Shown piece after piece: positions 30,015 through 38,476 of a stretch of DNA of 64,000 nt. The translations under genes were made by a program, and so were the position numbers. Below the pieces are notes generated by a model. That model did no database searches. It was not told the DNA's origin and saw only the letters and a program-made list of their open reading frames with translations. The stretch lies in the NCBI GenBank assembly GCA_017608625.1, contig JAFCFN010000003.1, positions 3,068-67,067 on the forward strand, written 5' to 3'. Numbering within the stretch: position 1 is the stretch's first letter; each line of letters starts with the position of its first letter. Origin of the DNA: Candidatus Woesearchaeota archaeon. Its GTDB lineage: Archaea > Nanobdellota > Nanobdellia > Woesearchaeales > JAFCFN01.

Positions 30015-31388
30015 TTAAGGGTTTTCTATTAATCCATCTTTTTCAGCTCTGGGTAAATAGTGTTCTAGTATAAAATGTTCCTGAGCTTTTGCATCACACC
30101 AAAATCCAGTAGCTATTGCTTGGATAGCAAGTCTTTTACCCTCACAGCTTCTTATATCGATTACTTTTTTTATTTTTTCAATTAAATTTGAGATATGTTC
30201 TTTTCCAAAAATATAAATCATCTGATCAAGTGTTTCTGAGAACTCTCTGTCATTAAAAAGATAGTAATCTTTCTGATATCTTTTCACACGGGTCACACTT
30301 GCTAATTTCTTATGCGCTTTAATTCCAAATTGCTCAGGAAGTTTTGGATTGTAATCTCTTTCAATTTCTTGCAATTCTGAAATATCATGAAAAACCCAAG
30401 GAACTTTTTCATCGATATAAGATTTTATATAGTAATTCATTAAATCTAAATCAAATTTTGAGAATTTGTATTTGTTTTGATGTTGTTTTGCCCACGAAAT
30501 AAAGAATTTTTCTACTTCTAACGCTACTCCTTCTGTTACTACCCCATGACATAAAGAATTATATGTTTCTGGAGCATATCTCAACCCAGAAGGCATATTT
30601 TCTGATATCTTTTCTTCCAAACCATGAGCAAGCTCATGCACACCTATTACAAAAGCAAATGCTCTATTAAAAATATACTCTTTTTCCTTCCCAGCTTTAT
30701 TGTAACAAAATATCTTATCGGGATCAATGGCCATAAGAAAATTATGACCTTCCCAATAACTGAATCCGATATTGCTAGGAGCTAACTCAATCGTATACTC
30801 AGGGTTTTTATCCAGCATTCCCAAACTAACATAAAAGCTATCAACTACTTTTTTGATATCATTTAGTTGAGATTCTAACAAGCCTCTCAATCTAGAATAT
30901 GTTGTTCTTTCGAGAATGATTTCACTATCTAAACTTCTGCTTAAAACAGAATGTAATAAAGCATATTTTTTATGGATAGCCTTATGATCTAGATTTTCAG
31001 GCTTAGCCATGTTAAGAAGTCTTGAATACGCAGCTCTACCAAAAACCTTTGAAAGAAAATTTCCAATAGGCTTATTAACTTTCATATTATAAAAATAGTC
31101 ATCTTCAGCAATAGTTTTTCTAACTGTTGCTTCAATATCCCTCAGAACCAATTCGTCAAAACTTTCTAAATATTGAGTTGAATTATAAATTTTTTTAATT
31201 TCCCTCTGCATCTTCTTCATTAACTTCCTTCTTTTCTCAAGAGTTGTCAAAGAAATAAAAATTTGTGGATCTTCTTTAGTTTGATAATAAAGCATGGATG
31301 TTAATTTATTAAGTTGAATCCTCTGTTTATCTAATTCACTAATTCTTTTATCTTTTATAACCCATCTTTGAGTATATTTCAACTTCAT
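30015..31388 (-). CDS. HExxH-motif protein, putative gluzincin-type metallopeptidase; co-operonic with the primase
   Basis: VIGVHELAHGLEE...TEGVA (HExxH plus a downstream Glu). Ends 4 nt from the primase start on the same strand. Confidence 0.45.
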   Translation of the reverse strand: MKLKYTQRWVIKDKRISELDKQRIQLNKLTSMLYYQTKEDPQIFISLTTLEKRRKLMKKMQREIKKIYNSTQYLESFDELVLRDIEATVRKTIAEDDYFYNMKVNKPIGNFLSKVFGRAAYSRLLNMAKPENLDHKAIHKKYALLHSVLSRSLDSEIILERTTYSRLRGLLESQLNDIKKVVDSFYVSLGMLDKNPEYTIELAPSNIGFSYWEGHNFLMAIDPDKIFCYNKAGKEKEYIFNRAFAFVIGVHELAHGLEEKISENMPSGLRYAPETYNSLCHGVVTEGVALEVEKFFISWAKQHQNKYKFSKFDLDLMNYYIKSYIDEKVPWVFHDISELQEIERDYNPKLPEQFGIKAHKKLASVTRVKRYQKDYYLFNDREFSETLDQMIYIFGKEHISNLIEKIKKVIDIRSCEGKRLAIQAIATGFWCDAKAQEHFILEHYLPRAEKDGLIENP

Positions 31389-31555
31389 TTTTTATGTTAA
31401 AAATTTACCTAGTTCAAAATGTAGCAAATATTTTATAGCAATTCCAACTAAGAATAGTTTTTTGTCAAAATTTAAATAATTTTCTGTTGATTATCACTTT
31501 CAAGTAGATTTAAATGAACCAATACTCATATAAATCAAAAAAATAAGCAACTCTT

Positions 31556-31918
31556 ATGCAAAACTTACAGGATCATATACACAAACTAAAAATAGCAAAA
31601 AAACTAATCCTAGTGGAGGGTCCAAAAGACAAAAAAGCACTACAAAGACTAGGAGTCAAGAACATAATTACTCTGAAAAAACCTCTTTTTGCTATTGTTG
31701 AAGAGATCTCAGCTAAAACAAAAGAGTGTATTATTTTAACAGACCTTGATAAAAAAGGCAAAGAGCTGTACTCAAAATTATCAAAAGATCTTAAAAAACA
31801 TGGCGTAAAAATAGACAACACATTTAGAAATTTCTTGTTAAAAGAAACAAAACTAAAGCAAATAGAAGGCTTGACATCATATATTAAAAAATTCAGTCAA
31901 AGAAATAACTCTCATTGA
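31556..31918 (+). CDS. Small Toprim-domain protein (COG1658-like)
   Basis: LILVEGPKDKKALQRLG...ECIILTDLDKKGKEL: conserved Glu and DxD of the Toprim fold. 120 aa. Confidence 0.6.
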   Translation: MQNLQDHIHKLKIAKKLILVEGPKDKKALQRLGVKNIITLKKPLFAIVEEISAKTKECIILTDLDKKGKELYSKLSKDLKKHGVKIDNTFRNFLLKETKLKQIEGLTSYIKKFSQRNNSH

Positions 31919-32294
31919 TTCTATCACTATTCTTAACTATATCTGTGCTTGTTATTATTCCTACTAATTCATTATTATCAATGACAGGTAACTTTTTTAT
32001 TTTATTCTTTGCCATTAACCATGCTGCATCGTCAATATTAACTTCAGGTTCAGTTGTTATAACTTTCTCAGTCATTATTTCTTTTACTAATACAGAATCT
32101 CCATGCTTACCTTTTGCCTCTACTTTTGATAGTATATCTCTTTCAGTTATTATACCGACAATTCTCTTATCATCCATCACAACTAAACATCCAATATTCT
32201 TTTTAGACATCAAATCTGCAGCCTCTTTAATAGTTGCATCTGGTTTTATTGTTACAGCTTTGTTCATAATTTCTTTAACTTGCATACAGATCAA
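31893..32294 (-). CDS. CBS domain pair protein
   Basis: Two CBS repeats (VKEIMNKAVTIKPDATIKEAADLM...GCLVVMDDKRIVGIITERDI; VKEIMTEKVIT...LPVIDNNELVGIITSTDI). Confidence 0.8.
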   Translation of the reverse strand: MICMQVKEIMNKAVTIKPDATIKEAADLMSKKNIGCLVVMDDKRIVGIITERDILSKVEAKGKHGDSVLVKEIMTEKVITTEPEVNIDDAAWLMAKNKIKKLPVIDNNELVGIITSTDIVKNSDRINESYFFD

Positions 32295-32329
32295 TAATTT
32301 TATAAATCCTTTATTAATCTTTCTTTACT

Positions 32330-33187
32330 ATGTTGAAAAATCAGATTAAAACAGTTTTTTTCTTAGCACTGCTCACTGCTTTATTATTAGGTGTTGGCCA
32401 TTTAATAGCTGGAAGAAATGGCTTAACAATAGCTCTGTTCTTTGCAATTATTATGAATTTTAGTGCTTATTGGTGGTCTGATAAAATTGTTTTAGCAATG
32501 TATAGAGCAAAGCCAGTAACAAAAAATCAAGCACCAAAATTATACAAAATAGTAAAAGAAGTAAGTCAAATGGCAAAAGTACCAATGCCCAAGATTTATA
32601 TTATTCCCACTATGCATAGTAACGCATTCGCAACTGGCAGATCACCAAAACACGCAGCTATTGCATGTACCTTAGGCATTCTTAATTTGCTTAATGAAAA
32701 AGAGTTAAAAGGAGTAATCGCCCATGAAATTTCTCACATTAAAAATAGAGATATTTTAATTTCATCAATTGCAGCAACAATAGCAGGAGTCATATCTTAT
32801 ATTGCAATGATAGCAAGATGGACAGCTATTTTTGGAGGATTTGGAGGCAGAGATAGAGATGGAGGAAATATTTTTGAATTGCTAGTTTTAGCAATAGTAA
32901 CACCAATAATTGCAACTTTAATTCAACTAGCAATATCAAGATCAAGAGAGTATTTAGCAGATGAATCAGCAGCAAGAATACTAAAAGATGGATCAGGACT
33001 AGCTTCAGCCTTAGCAAAACTCTCTGCAGATATAAAACAAAAACCCCTAAGAGCAATGTCAACAACAGAAAGCACAGCACATCTATTTATAGCAAATCCT
33101 TTTAGAGGTGGAGGATTAGTTACCTTGTTCATGACCCATCCACCGATAGAGAAAAGAATTGCTAGACTAAAAGAACTTAAGTTCTAA
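32330..33187 (+). CDS. htpX: HtpX-family M48 zinc metalloprotease
   Basis: Four TM helices. HEISHIKNRD (HExxH). Overall HtpX layout. Confidence 0.85.
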   Translation: MLKNQIKTVFFLALLTALLLGVGHLIAGRNGLTIALFFAIIMNFSAYWWSDKIVLAMYRAKPVTKNQAPKLYKIVKEVSQMAKVPMPKIYIIPTMHSNAFATGRSPKHAAIACTLGILNLLNEKELKGVIAHEISHIKNRDILISSIAATIAGVISYIAMIARWTAIFGGFGGRDRDGGNIFELLVLAIVTPIIATLIQLAISRSREYLADESAARILKDGSGLASALAKLSADIKQKPLRAMSTTESTAHLFIANPFRGGGLVTLFMTHPPIEKRIARLKELKF

Positions 33188-35388
33188 TCTTTATATTCCT
33201 TCTCAACAACGTCTTTAATTGCCCTAGCTTTCTTTGGCCCTATTCCTTCTACTTTTTCTAATTGCTCTTCCTTAGCATTAATTATTTTTCTAACAGTTTT
33301 AAATTTTCTTAATAAAGGCCTTGCTAAGCCTATACCAATCCCAGGCAAACTAGAAATAAAATACTCTTGCTGCTCTTTCAATGTCATTGGCTTCTTGCTT
33401 CCATGAGGGCTAAACTCCCTGCCAATCTCTTCTTGCTCCCTTTTAGCTATCAAATACAAATAAGCTCCAGTTTCCTTATAGTTTCTTGAAAACAAAATAG
33501 GAACACCATAATCGATTGCTATTGAGCTTAACACACCTCTGATAGCATTAGGATGGACATTTCTGATGGAATAAATATCCTCCTCTCCTTCAACAATTAA
33601 CAATGGCCTTTCAAAATTATTCTTTAATTCTTTGATCTGCTGTAATAGTCTTCCATTAACTAAACTATTGACAAAATCACTAACTGTTTTAAACTCAACA
33701 CCAACCCTGCCACTCAATATATAATCTCCAATATCTAATTTCTCAAGCTTAATTTCAACCCCCAAATCAATCAATTCTTTAACAACCTTGTTTGGTTTTT
33801 CCCTGTAATCAACAAATACTATTATTTTATCATCAGGAATAAAAGAATTCAGTGTAACTTCCTTTTTCTTTAAAGCAAGTTTGCTCTTCAAATTTTCCAA
33901 AATTCTGTACATTCTTTTCTCTTTGTGATGTGCAACCCATCTATAAGCAACATCTCTTGTTCCCTCTGTCATTAAAATAATAACTCTTCCTTTTTCCAAT
34001 CTACCTGTTCTACCTTTTCTTTGAATAGTCCTAATTGCAGAAGGAATTGGTTCATAAAAAATAACAAGATCAACCTTTGGAATATCTAAACCTTCTTCAC
34101 CAATAGATGTACAGCATAATACATTAAATTTTCCATCTCTGAATTCTTCTAATACCTTTTTCTGATCTCTTTGACTTAAACCAGTTCCTTGTTTTTTTAA
34201 TTGCCCTACAAATATCTTTGCCTTAACACCTTTAATACTATTCAACTTATTTTGAATATCAATTACATTGTCCCTGTACTGATTAAAGACAATTATTTTG
34301 ATGTTGCTATTGCTCCTAACTTCTTTTTCAACAATTTTTTGCAACTCAATTAATTTTGGATGCTCTACTTTTTCTTTATATAACTGCTCAACTTTAACAA
34401 ATGCTTTTTTAAAATTAACATCTTCTGTAATGTTTTTAGATGCCTTTACTTTACCCTTACTTGCTTCGCTCATTAATTTCTCAAAATATCTATACAATGC
34501 AACTATTCCTTGTGTTTCTAATAACTCTAAAGCATAATAAATCTTAAAAACCTCTGCCAACAAAGAAATTCCTTGCCACAAAACAACATTCTTTTCTCCT
34601 CTAGCTATTCTTCCTGATAAGGCTCCTTGCATAGCCAACAACTCTTTCTTGCTTATGGAGGAGATATTAGTACTTCTTACAATTTTCAGTTCTTTTAATT
34701 TTTTCAGTCTATCTTTTAAAAAATCCTTCAAACATTTCTGCACATCCAAAAAAGGAGCAGGCAGTTTAACAGTTCTCCACTCCATCCTGATTTCTTGAAT
34801 ATAAGGTTGCACATCTAAGCTACTATAAGTTCTTGCCTCAATAGCTTCTATAAACAAATTAGAACAAATCTCTTTTATCTTCTCTAAATCAGAGCCAGGA
34901 GAAGCAGTTAAAGCAATGATTCTTGGATATTTTGCTAGTTTTTGATATTGTTTAGCAACAAAAACATAAGCATAATCACCAACAGCCCTATGCGCTTCAT
35001 CTACACCTAATAAAGAAACATCCTCCAAATTAATTCGTCTGCTTATAATATCATTCTCCAAACCTTGAGGAGTTGAGAAAATAATAGTTGCTTTTTTCCA
35101 TAACTCAGCTCTTTTTTCAGGCTTAACAGCACCTGTAAAAATAGCATATTTTTCTTTATCAAGATCAAAATGTTTTAGAAAAACCTGATAATACTGCTCT
35201 ATAAGAGGTCTTGTTGGACCAATAAATAATATTTTGCTTTTGGGATATAACTTTAGTCTATGGCTAGCCAACATTAAAAAGATAGCAGTCTTACCCATCC
35301 CAGTTGGCAATACAACTAAAGTATTTTTACTAGTACAGGTAGCTAGAATAGTCTCCTGATACAATCTAGGTTTGAAATTCTTGATCAT
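33184..35388 (-). CDS. hef: Hef-like helicase-nuclease (FANCM/XPF family): DEAH helicase plus ERCC4 nuclease-like domain plus HhH2
   Basis: VLPTGMGKT Walker A, VDEAHRAVG, QRKGRTGR motif VI. C-terminal VDYREKPNKV...VEFKTVSDF ERCC4-like (the ERK motif appears altered to EFK), then GIGIGLARPLL and IEGIGPKKA HhH pair. Confidence 0.8.
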   Translation of the reverse strand: MIKNFKPRLYQETILATCTSKNTLVVLPTGMGKTAIFLMLASHRLKLYPKSKILFIGPTRPLIEQYYQVFLKHFDLDKEKYAIFTGAVKPEKRAELWKKATIIFSTPQGLENDIISRRINLEDVSLLGVDEAHRAVGDYAYVFVAKQYQKLAKYPRIIALTASPGSDLEKIKEICSNLFIEAIEARTYSSLDVQPYIQEIRMEWRTVKLPAPFLDVQKCLKDFLKDRLKKLKELKIVRSTNISSISKKELLAMQGALSGRIARGEKNVVLWQGISLLAEVFKIYYALELLETQGIVALYRYFEKLMSEASKGKVKASKNITEDVNFKKAFVKVEQLYKEKVEHPKLIELQKIVEKEVRSNSNIKIIVFNQYRDNVIDIQNKLNSIKGVKAKIFVGQLKKQGTGLSQRDQKKVLEEFRDGKFNVLCCTSIGEEGLDIPKVDLVIFYEPIPSAIRTIQRKGRTGRLEKGRVIILMTEGTRDVAYRWVAHHKEKRMYRILENLKSKLALKKKEVTLNSFIPDDKIIVFVDYREKPNKVVKELIDLGVEIKLEKLDIGDYILSGRVGVEFKTVSDFVNSLVNGRLLQQIKELKNNFERPLLIVEGEEDIYSIRNVHPNAIRGVLSSIAIDYGVPILFSRNYKETGAYLYLIAKREQEEIGREFSPHGSKKPMTLKEQQEYFISSLPGIGIGLARPLLRKFKTVRKIINAKEEQLEKVEGIGPKKARAIKDVVEKEYKD

Positions 35389-35452
35389 TTAATCCTCATT
35401 TGATTAGTCTCAAAATCTACCTTTAAATATTTAACGAAGGTTCACTCATAAT

Positions 35453-36184
35453 TTATGAAAAAAATCTCTCAAAGAAAATATAATACAGCAACCAAATAAA
35501 AACAGCTACTCCTAGTGAGCCAATCACAGCTGTAGAAATATTAGTTAAAAACAATAGAACAGAACATCCTCCTATTAAGCCCAGAGAAAAAAGATATAAC
35601 AACCTGCTACCAATCCAAATCCTAAATCCTTCTAAAGGAGGAATCGGCAGCATGCTAAATACAGCTAATAATACATTAATAACCATTGCTTTATGCAATA
35701 GTGAACTTGCTGATACAAACATTAAAGCTTTAAACAAAATTGCCAAAACTACATTAGCCAATAAACCTGTTAAAGCAACCAAAGCAACCTCAAATCTATT
35801 TAACCCATACCATAGCTTTCCCAACCTTAACCGCTTTATCATGTAAACAACAATCCCTCCTGGAATTAATAAAAACAATAAACCATTTGATATAAAAACC
35901 AAGATTAAACCTATTAATAAACCATAAAAGCTCATCTTCCATTCAAGTCTGTAACCCCTTCTTAATGCTTCTATCTTTTCTACACTTACTCTAACTAATA
36001 AAGCCAAAGCAACAATTATTGCAGAATTAAACAAATTTTTCAAACCATAAATCCAATCAAACTTATTTATTCCCCACTCTCTAAATGAAAGAATAAATGC
36101 TATGATAAATGTTGCTATTATAATTCCTTTGATTTCATCAGAATTAAAACCAAAATATTCTTTTATTCTACTAGTTAATTCCAT
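35453..36184 (-). CDS. Site-2-protease (M50)-like polytopic membrane protein apparently lacking the HExxH zinc site
   Basis: LLAVFSMLPIPPLEGFRIW resembles the M50 NLLPIPPLDGG motif. No HExxH was found in the ORF. Confidence 0.4.
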   Translation of the reverse strand: MELTSRIKEYFGFNSDEIKGIIIATFIIAFILSFREWGINKFDWIYGLKNLFNSAIIVALALLVRVSVEKIEALRRGYRLEWKMSFYGLLIGLILVFISNGLLFLLIPGGIVVYMIKRLRLGKLWYGLNRFEVALVALTGLLANVVLAILFKALMFVSASSLLHKAMVINVLLAVFSMLPIPPLEGFRIWIGSRLLYLFSLGLIGGCSVLLFLTNISTAVIGSLGVAVFIWLLYYIFFERFFS

Positions 36185-36191
36185 TTTCTAA

Positions 36192-36872
36192 TTAATGCTT
36201 TTGTTTCTTTAAATAGTTTTTCTTTATTAAATCAATCATTTCCTCTTCATGCCCAGCCCCGATTATACCTAAAATCAACTTTTTGGGATTTTCTTTCATT
36301 ATATTATAAAAATTTCTTGCCATAACATCATTTCTTTCCTTAACCAGAACCTTGTAAACATTAGGATATCTTTTTTTAACATCATTCATTAACTTTTTAA
36401 TAGTAGCTTTACTAGGCACCTTTGTTAAATCAAAAGCAATTTTTTTCCTTTTAAAAGGAGCAGTTAGAATATCAATCAAGAAATTAATCTTCTCTTTAAA
36501 ACTAAATTCTTGAGAAAATCTTCTTAGAGTAATCTCAATGTCCTGATCAACTAAAGCAATCTTTTTTTTCTTAGCTTTAGCTAGTTTAGTAGCCATTAAC
36601 ATTTCAGATCCAGGTTTCACTCCAACATATTTCCCCAATCTTGCTTCAACCCACGCACCAATTAACTGGAAAAGAAAACCTTTAAGCCCTACTCTTTTAA
36701 TATCAACTAACTTTGGTTGTTTCCTTTTATGAACCAAAGCAGAAAATCTTCTCTTATCAAGCTCCAAAGCAATTATATGAGGATTCTTTTCAAGAATAAC
36801 TTTCTTTACATCCTCTATACTTTGCTTTGCTATATGACTTGTTCCTATTAATATCAGATTCTTGTACTTCAT
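36192..36872 (-). CDS. TraB/PrgY/GumN-family protein
   Basis: LILIGTSHIAKQSIEDVKKVILEKNPHIIALELDKRR matches the TraB N-terminal signature (GTAHVS...VAVELD). Confidence 0.55.
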   Translation of the reverse strand: MKYKNLILIGTSHIAKQSIEDVKKVILEKNPHIIALELDKRRFSALVHKRKQPKLVDIKRVGLKGFLFQLIGAWVEARLGKYVGVKPGSEMLMATKLAKAKKKKIALVDQDIEITLRRFSQEFSFKEKINFLIDILTAPFKRKKIAFDLTKVPSKATIKKLMNDVKKRYPNVYKVLVKERNDVMARNFYNIMKENPKKLILGIIGAGHEEEMIDLIKKNYLKKQKH

Positions 36873-36978
36873 AGCTTTAAAAAATATAAAAACATTTTAT
36901 AAAGTTTTGCTAAAAACCCTTAAAAAACAAAAAATATATATATCCTAAGCCTTCTTACTATATTATCATATTAAAAAG

Positions 36979-37266
36979 GTGGTTAGCATGTTAAGATTAA
37001 AGAAAATATCTGAAACATATGATATGAAGGTTTTTACTGATGATGGAGAATTTTTTGGAGAAGTAGAAGAGAGTATTCTGACAAAAAATAAAGTATCTGG
37101 TTGGAGAATAAAAGCAACAAAAAACTCTTTCTTAAGCAAAGTGCTTGGTTCAGCAAAAGGAGTTATTGTACCTCACCAACTAGTTAAATCAGTTGGAGAT
37201 ATAATGATAATCTCAAAAGCAGCTGTCCCAAGTTATGAAGCAGAAGAAGAAAAAGCTGTCGAATAA
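36979..37266 (+). CDS. Small PRC-barrel-like protein
   Basis: About 90 aa with KVFTDDGEFFGEVEESILTKNKVSGWRI...GVIVPHQLVKSVGDIMII, typical of archaeal PRC barrel proteins. Confidence 0.45.
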   Translation: MVSMLRLKKISETYDMKVFTDDGEFFGEVEESILTKNKVSGWRIKATKNSFLSKVLGSAKGVIVPHQLVKSVGDIMIISKAAVPSYEAEEEKAVE

Positions 37267-37301
37267 AATTTATTAATTCTTTCTTTTTCATTATTTAATA
37301 T

Positions 37302-37455
37302 ACGGCTGTGATCTAGTGACCTGTAAGCTATTAAGCTTACTCGCTAGAAGCAAGATTCGAGCTTCCCATTAGCCAAAAGCTAGAATAGAAAAAGCTCGCT
37401 ACCCGGGTTCGAACTAGCAAAGCTCAGCTTTGCTTTGAAACTCCCGGCAGCCGTA
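37302..37455 (+). tRNA. Putative tRNA-Gly(CCC) interrupted by three introns (D-loop, canonical 37/38, and T-loop)
   Basis: 7-bp acceptor stem ACGGCTG/CAGCCGT, T8, A14, discriminator A, downstream T-tract. T-stem CCGGG(37403-07)/CCCGG(37443-47) abuts the 3' acceptor strand, with TTCGAAC after the T-stem 5' strand. Anticodon stem CGAGC(37358-62)/GCTCG(37394-98) with loop TTCCCA|intron|A. D-stem ATCT(37311-14)/AGAT(37353-56). Confidence 0.5.
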
Positions 37456-37469
37456 TATTTTCTTTACCT

Positions 37470-37670
37470 TTATAAAGGAACTAAATTATCAACAGCCTGA
37501 CTCAACTCAGCTAATTTCTGTTTTAACTCTTCAACTACATCATCTTCTATCTTCTTAACACCACCCTCTACTTCTTCTAAATTCCAAACCTCAATCCAAT
37601 TAATCAAATCTCTTATCTTATGTTGTACTTCTTTTAATTTTTCTTCAGAAACCTCAGCCACGATTTTCAC
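37470..37670 (-). CDS. Small acidic coiled-coil protein, hypothetical
   Basis: ORF only, 66 aa, immediately downstream of PCNA on the same strand. Confidence 0.3.
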   Translation of the reverse strand: MKIVAEVSEEKLKEVQHKIRDLINWIEVWNLEEVEGGVKKIEDDVVEELKQKLAELSQAVDNLVPL

Positions 37671-37680
37671 CTCTTTTTAT

Positions 37681-38424
37681 TTATTCATTCTCAACTCTTG
37701 GAGCCAAAATAAAACTCAATAACATTTTGTCAACAGCTTTAAAATCCAATCTCAAAGGATAATCATTATTGAATAAAATTGAAACCTTTTCAGCTAGTTT
37801 TCCTCCAATAACCATCTTTTTTAAATACTCTATACTATATTTAGCTTTAATCTTTCCAGACTCTTTCATATTGATCTGAGTATCTACATCTTGTTTAACT
37901 TCAATACTGGCTTTGCTTAACTCTCCTTGAGCCTGTATTGTAAATTTCTTTGGCTCAGCAATAAAACTTACACTCTCTCCAACAATATCAGCATCATCTA
38001 TTGCATCCATTAAAATAGATGAATTAGTTTTAATCTCTACTGGGAAGCTTAATTCGGGTATTTTCTGTTCTTTTTCTTCCAAATCAATTACTGGTAAAAA
38101 GAATGTTCTTATTGTATTACTTTTTAACTGGATCTTTAGTCTGTTCTCAACCAACTCCAAGCTTAAAATATCATTCGCCTTAGCTCTCTTTAAAATCTGC
38201 TTTAAATTATTCAAATTTATTCCTATCTCAATCTCCTTCTCAACATTATACTCGCTAAAAGAAGAGCTAAGTAACTTAAAAATAACCATTGCAACATTAG
38301 CAGGATCCATTGCAACTAGCTCTACAGCAGAAGGAGTTATCTTAAATCTTCCCTCATTAACTAACTCAGATATAATAGCTACACTCTCTTTAAGATATTT
38401 AGGTTCAATTAAAACTAGCTTCAT
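37681..38424 (-). CDS. pcn: DNA polymerase sliding clamp PCNA
   Basis: 247 aa with two repeated beta-alpha domains, a PCNA-length interdomain linker and C-terminal tail. Confidence 0.85.
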   Translation of the reverse strand: MKLVLIEPKYLKESVAIISELVNEGRFKITPSAVELVAMDPANVAMVIFKLLSSSFSEYNVEKEIEIGINLNNLKQILKRAKANDILSLELVENRLKIQLKSNTIRTFFLPVIDLEEKEQKIPELSFPVEIKTNSSILMDAIDDADIVGESVSFIAEPKKFTIQAQGELSKASIEVKQDVDTQINMKESGKIKAKYSIEYLKKMVIGGKLAEKVSILFNNDYPLRLDFKAVDKMLLSFILAPRVENE

Positions 38425-38476
38425 TTTACCCCCTATTTTTATGAAATCTATCTAGTATATAAGTTTTATTATTCTA

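Noticed and set aside
37302-37455. Alternative readings of the 154-nt structured region as a minus-strand tRNA, C/D-box or H/ACA sRNA
   Set aside because: The minus-strand reading gives C at position 8 and no T-tract. No C box (RUGAUGA) or ACA box is present. The plus-strand multi-intron tRNA parse explains the acceptor, D, anticodon and T elements simultaneously.
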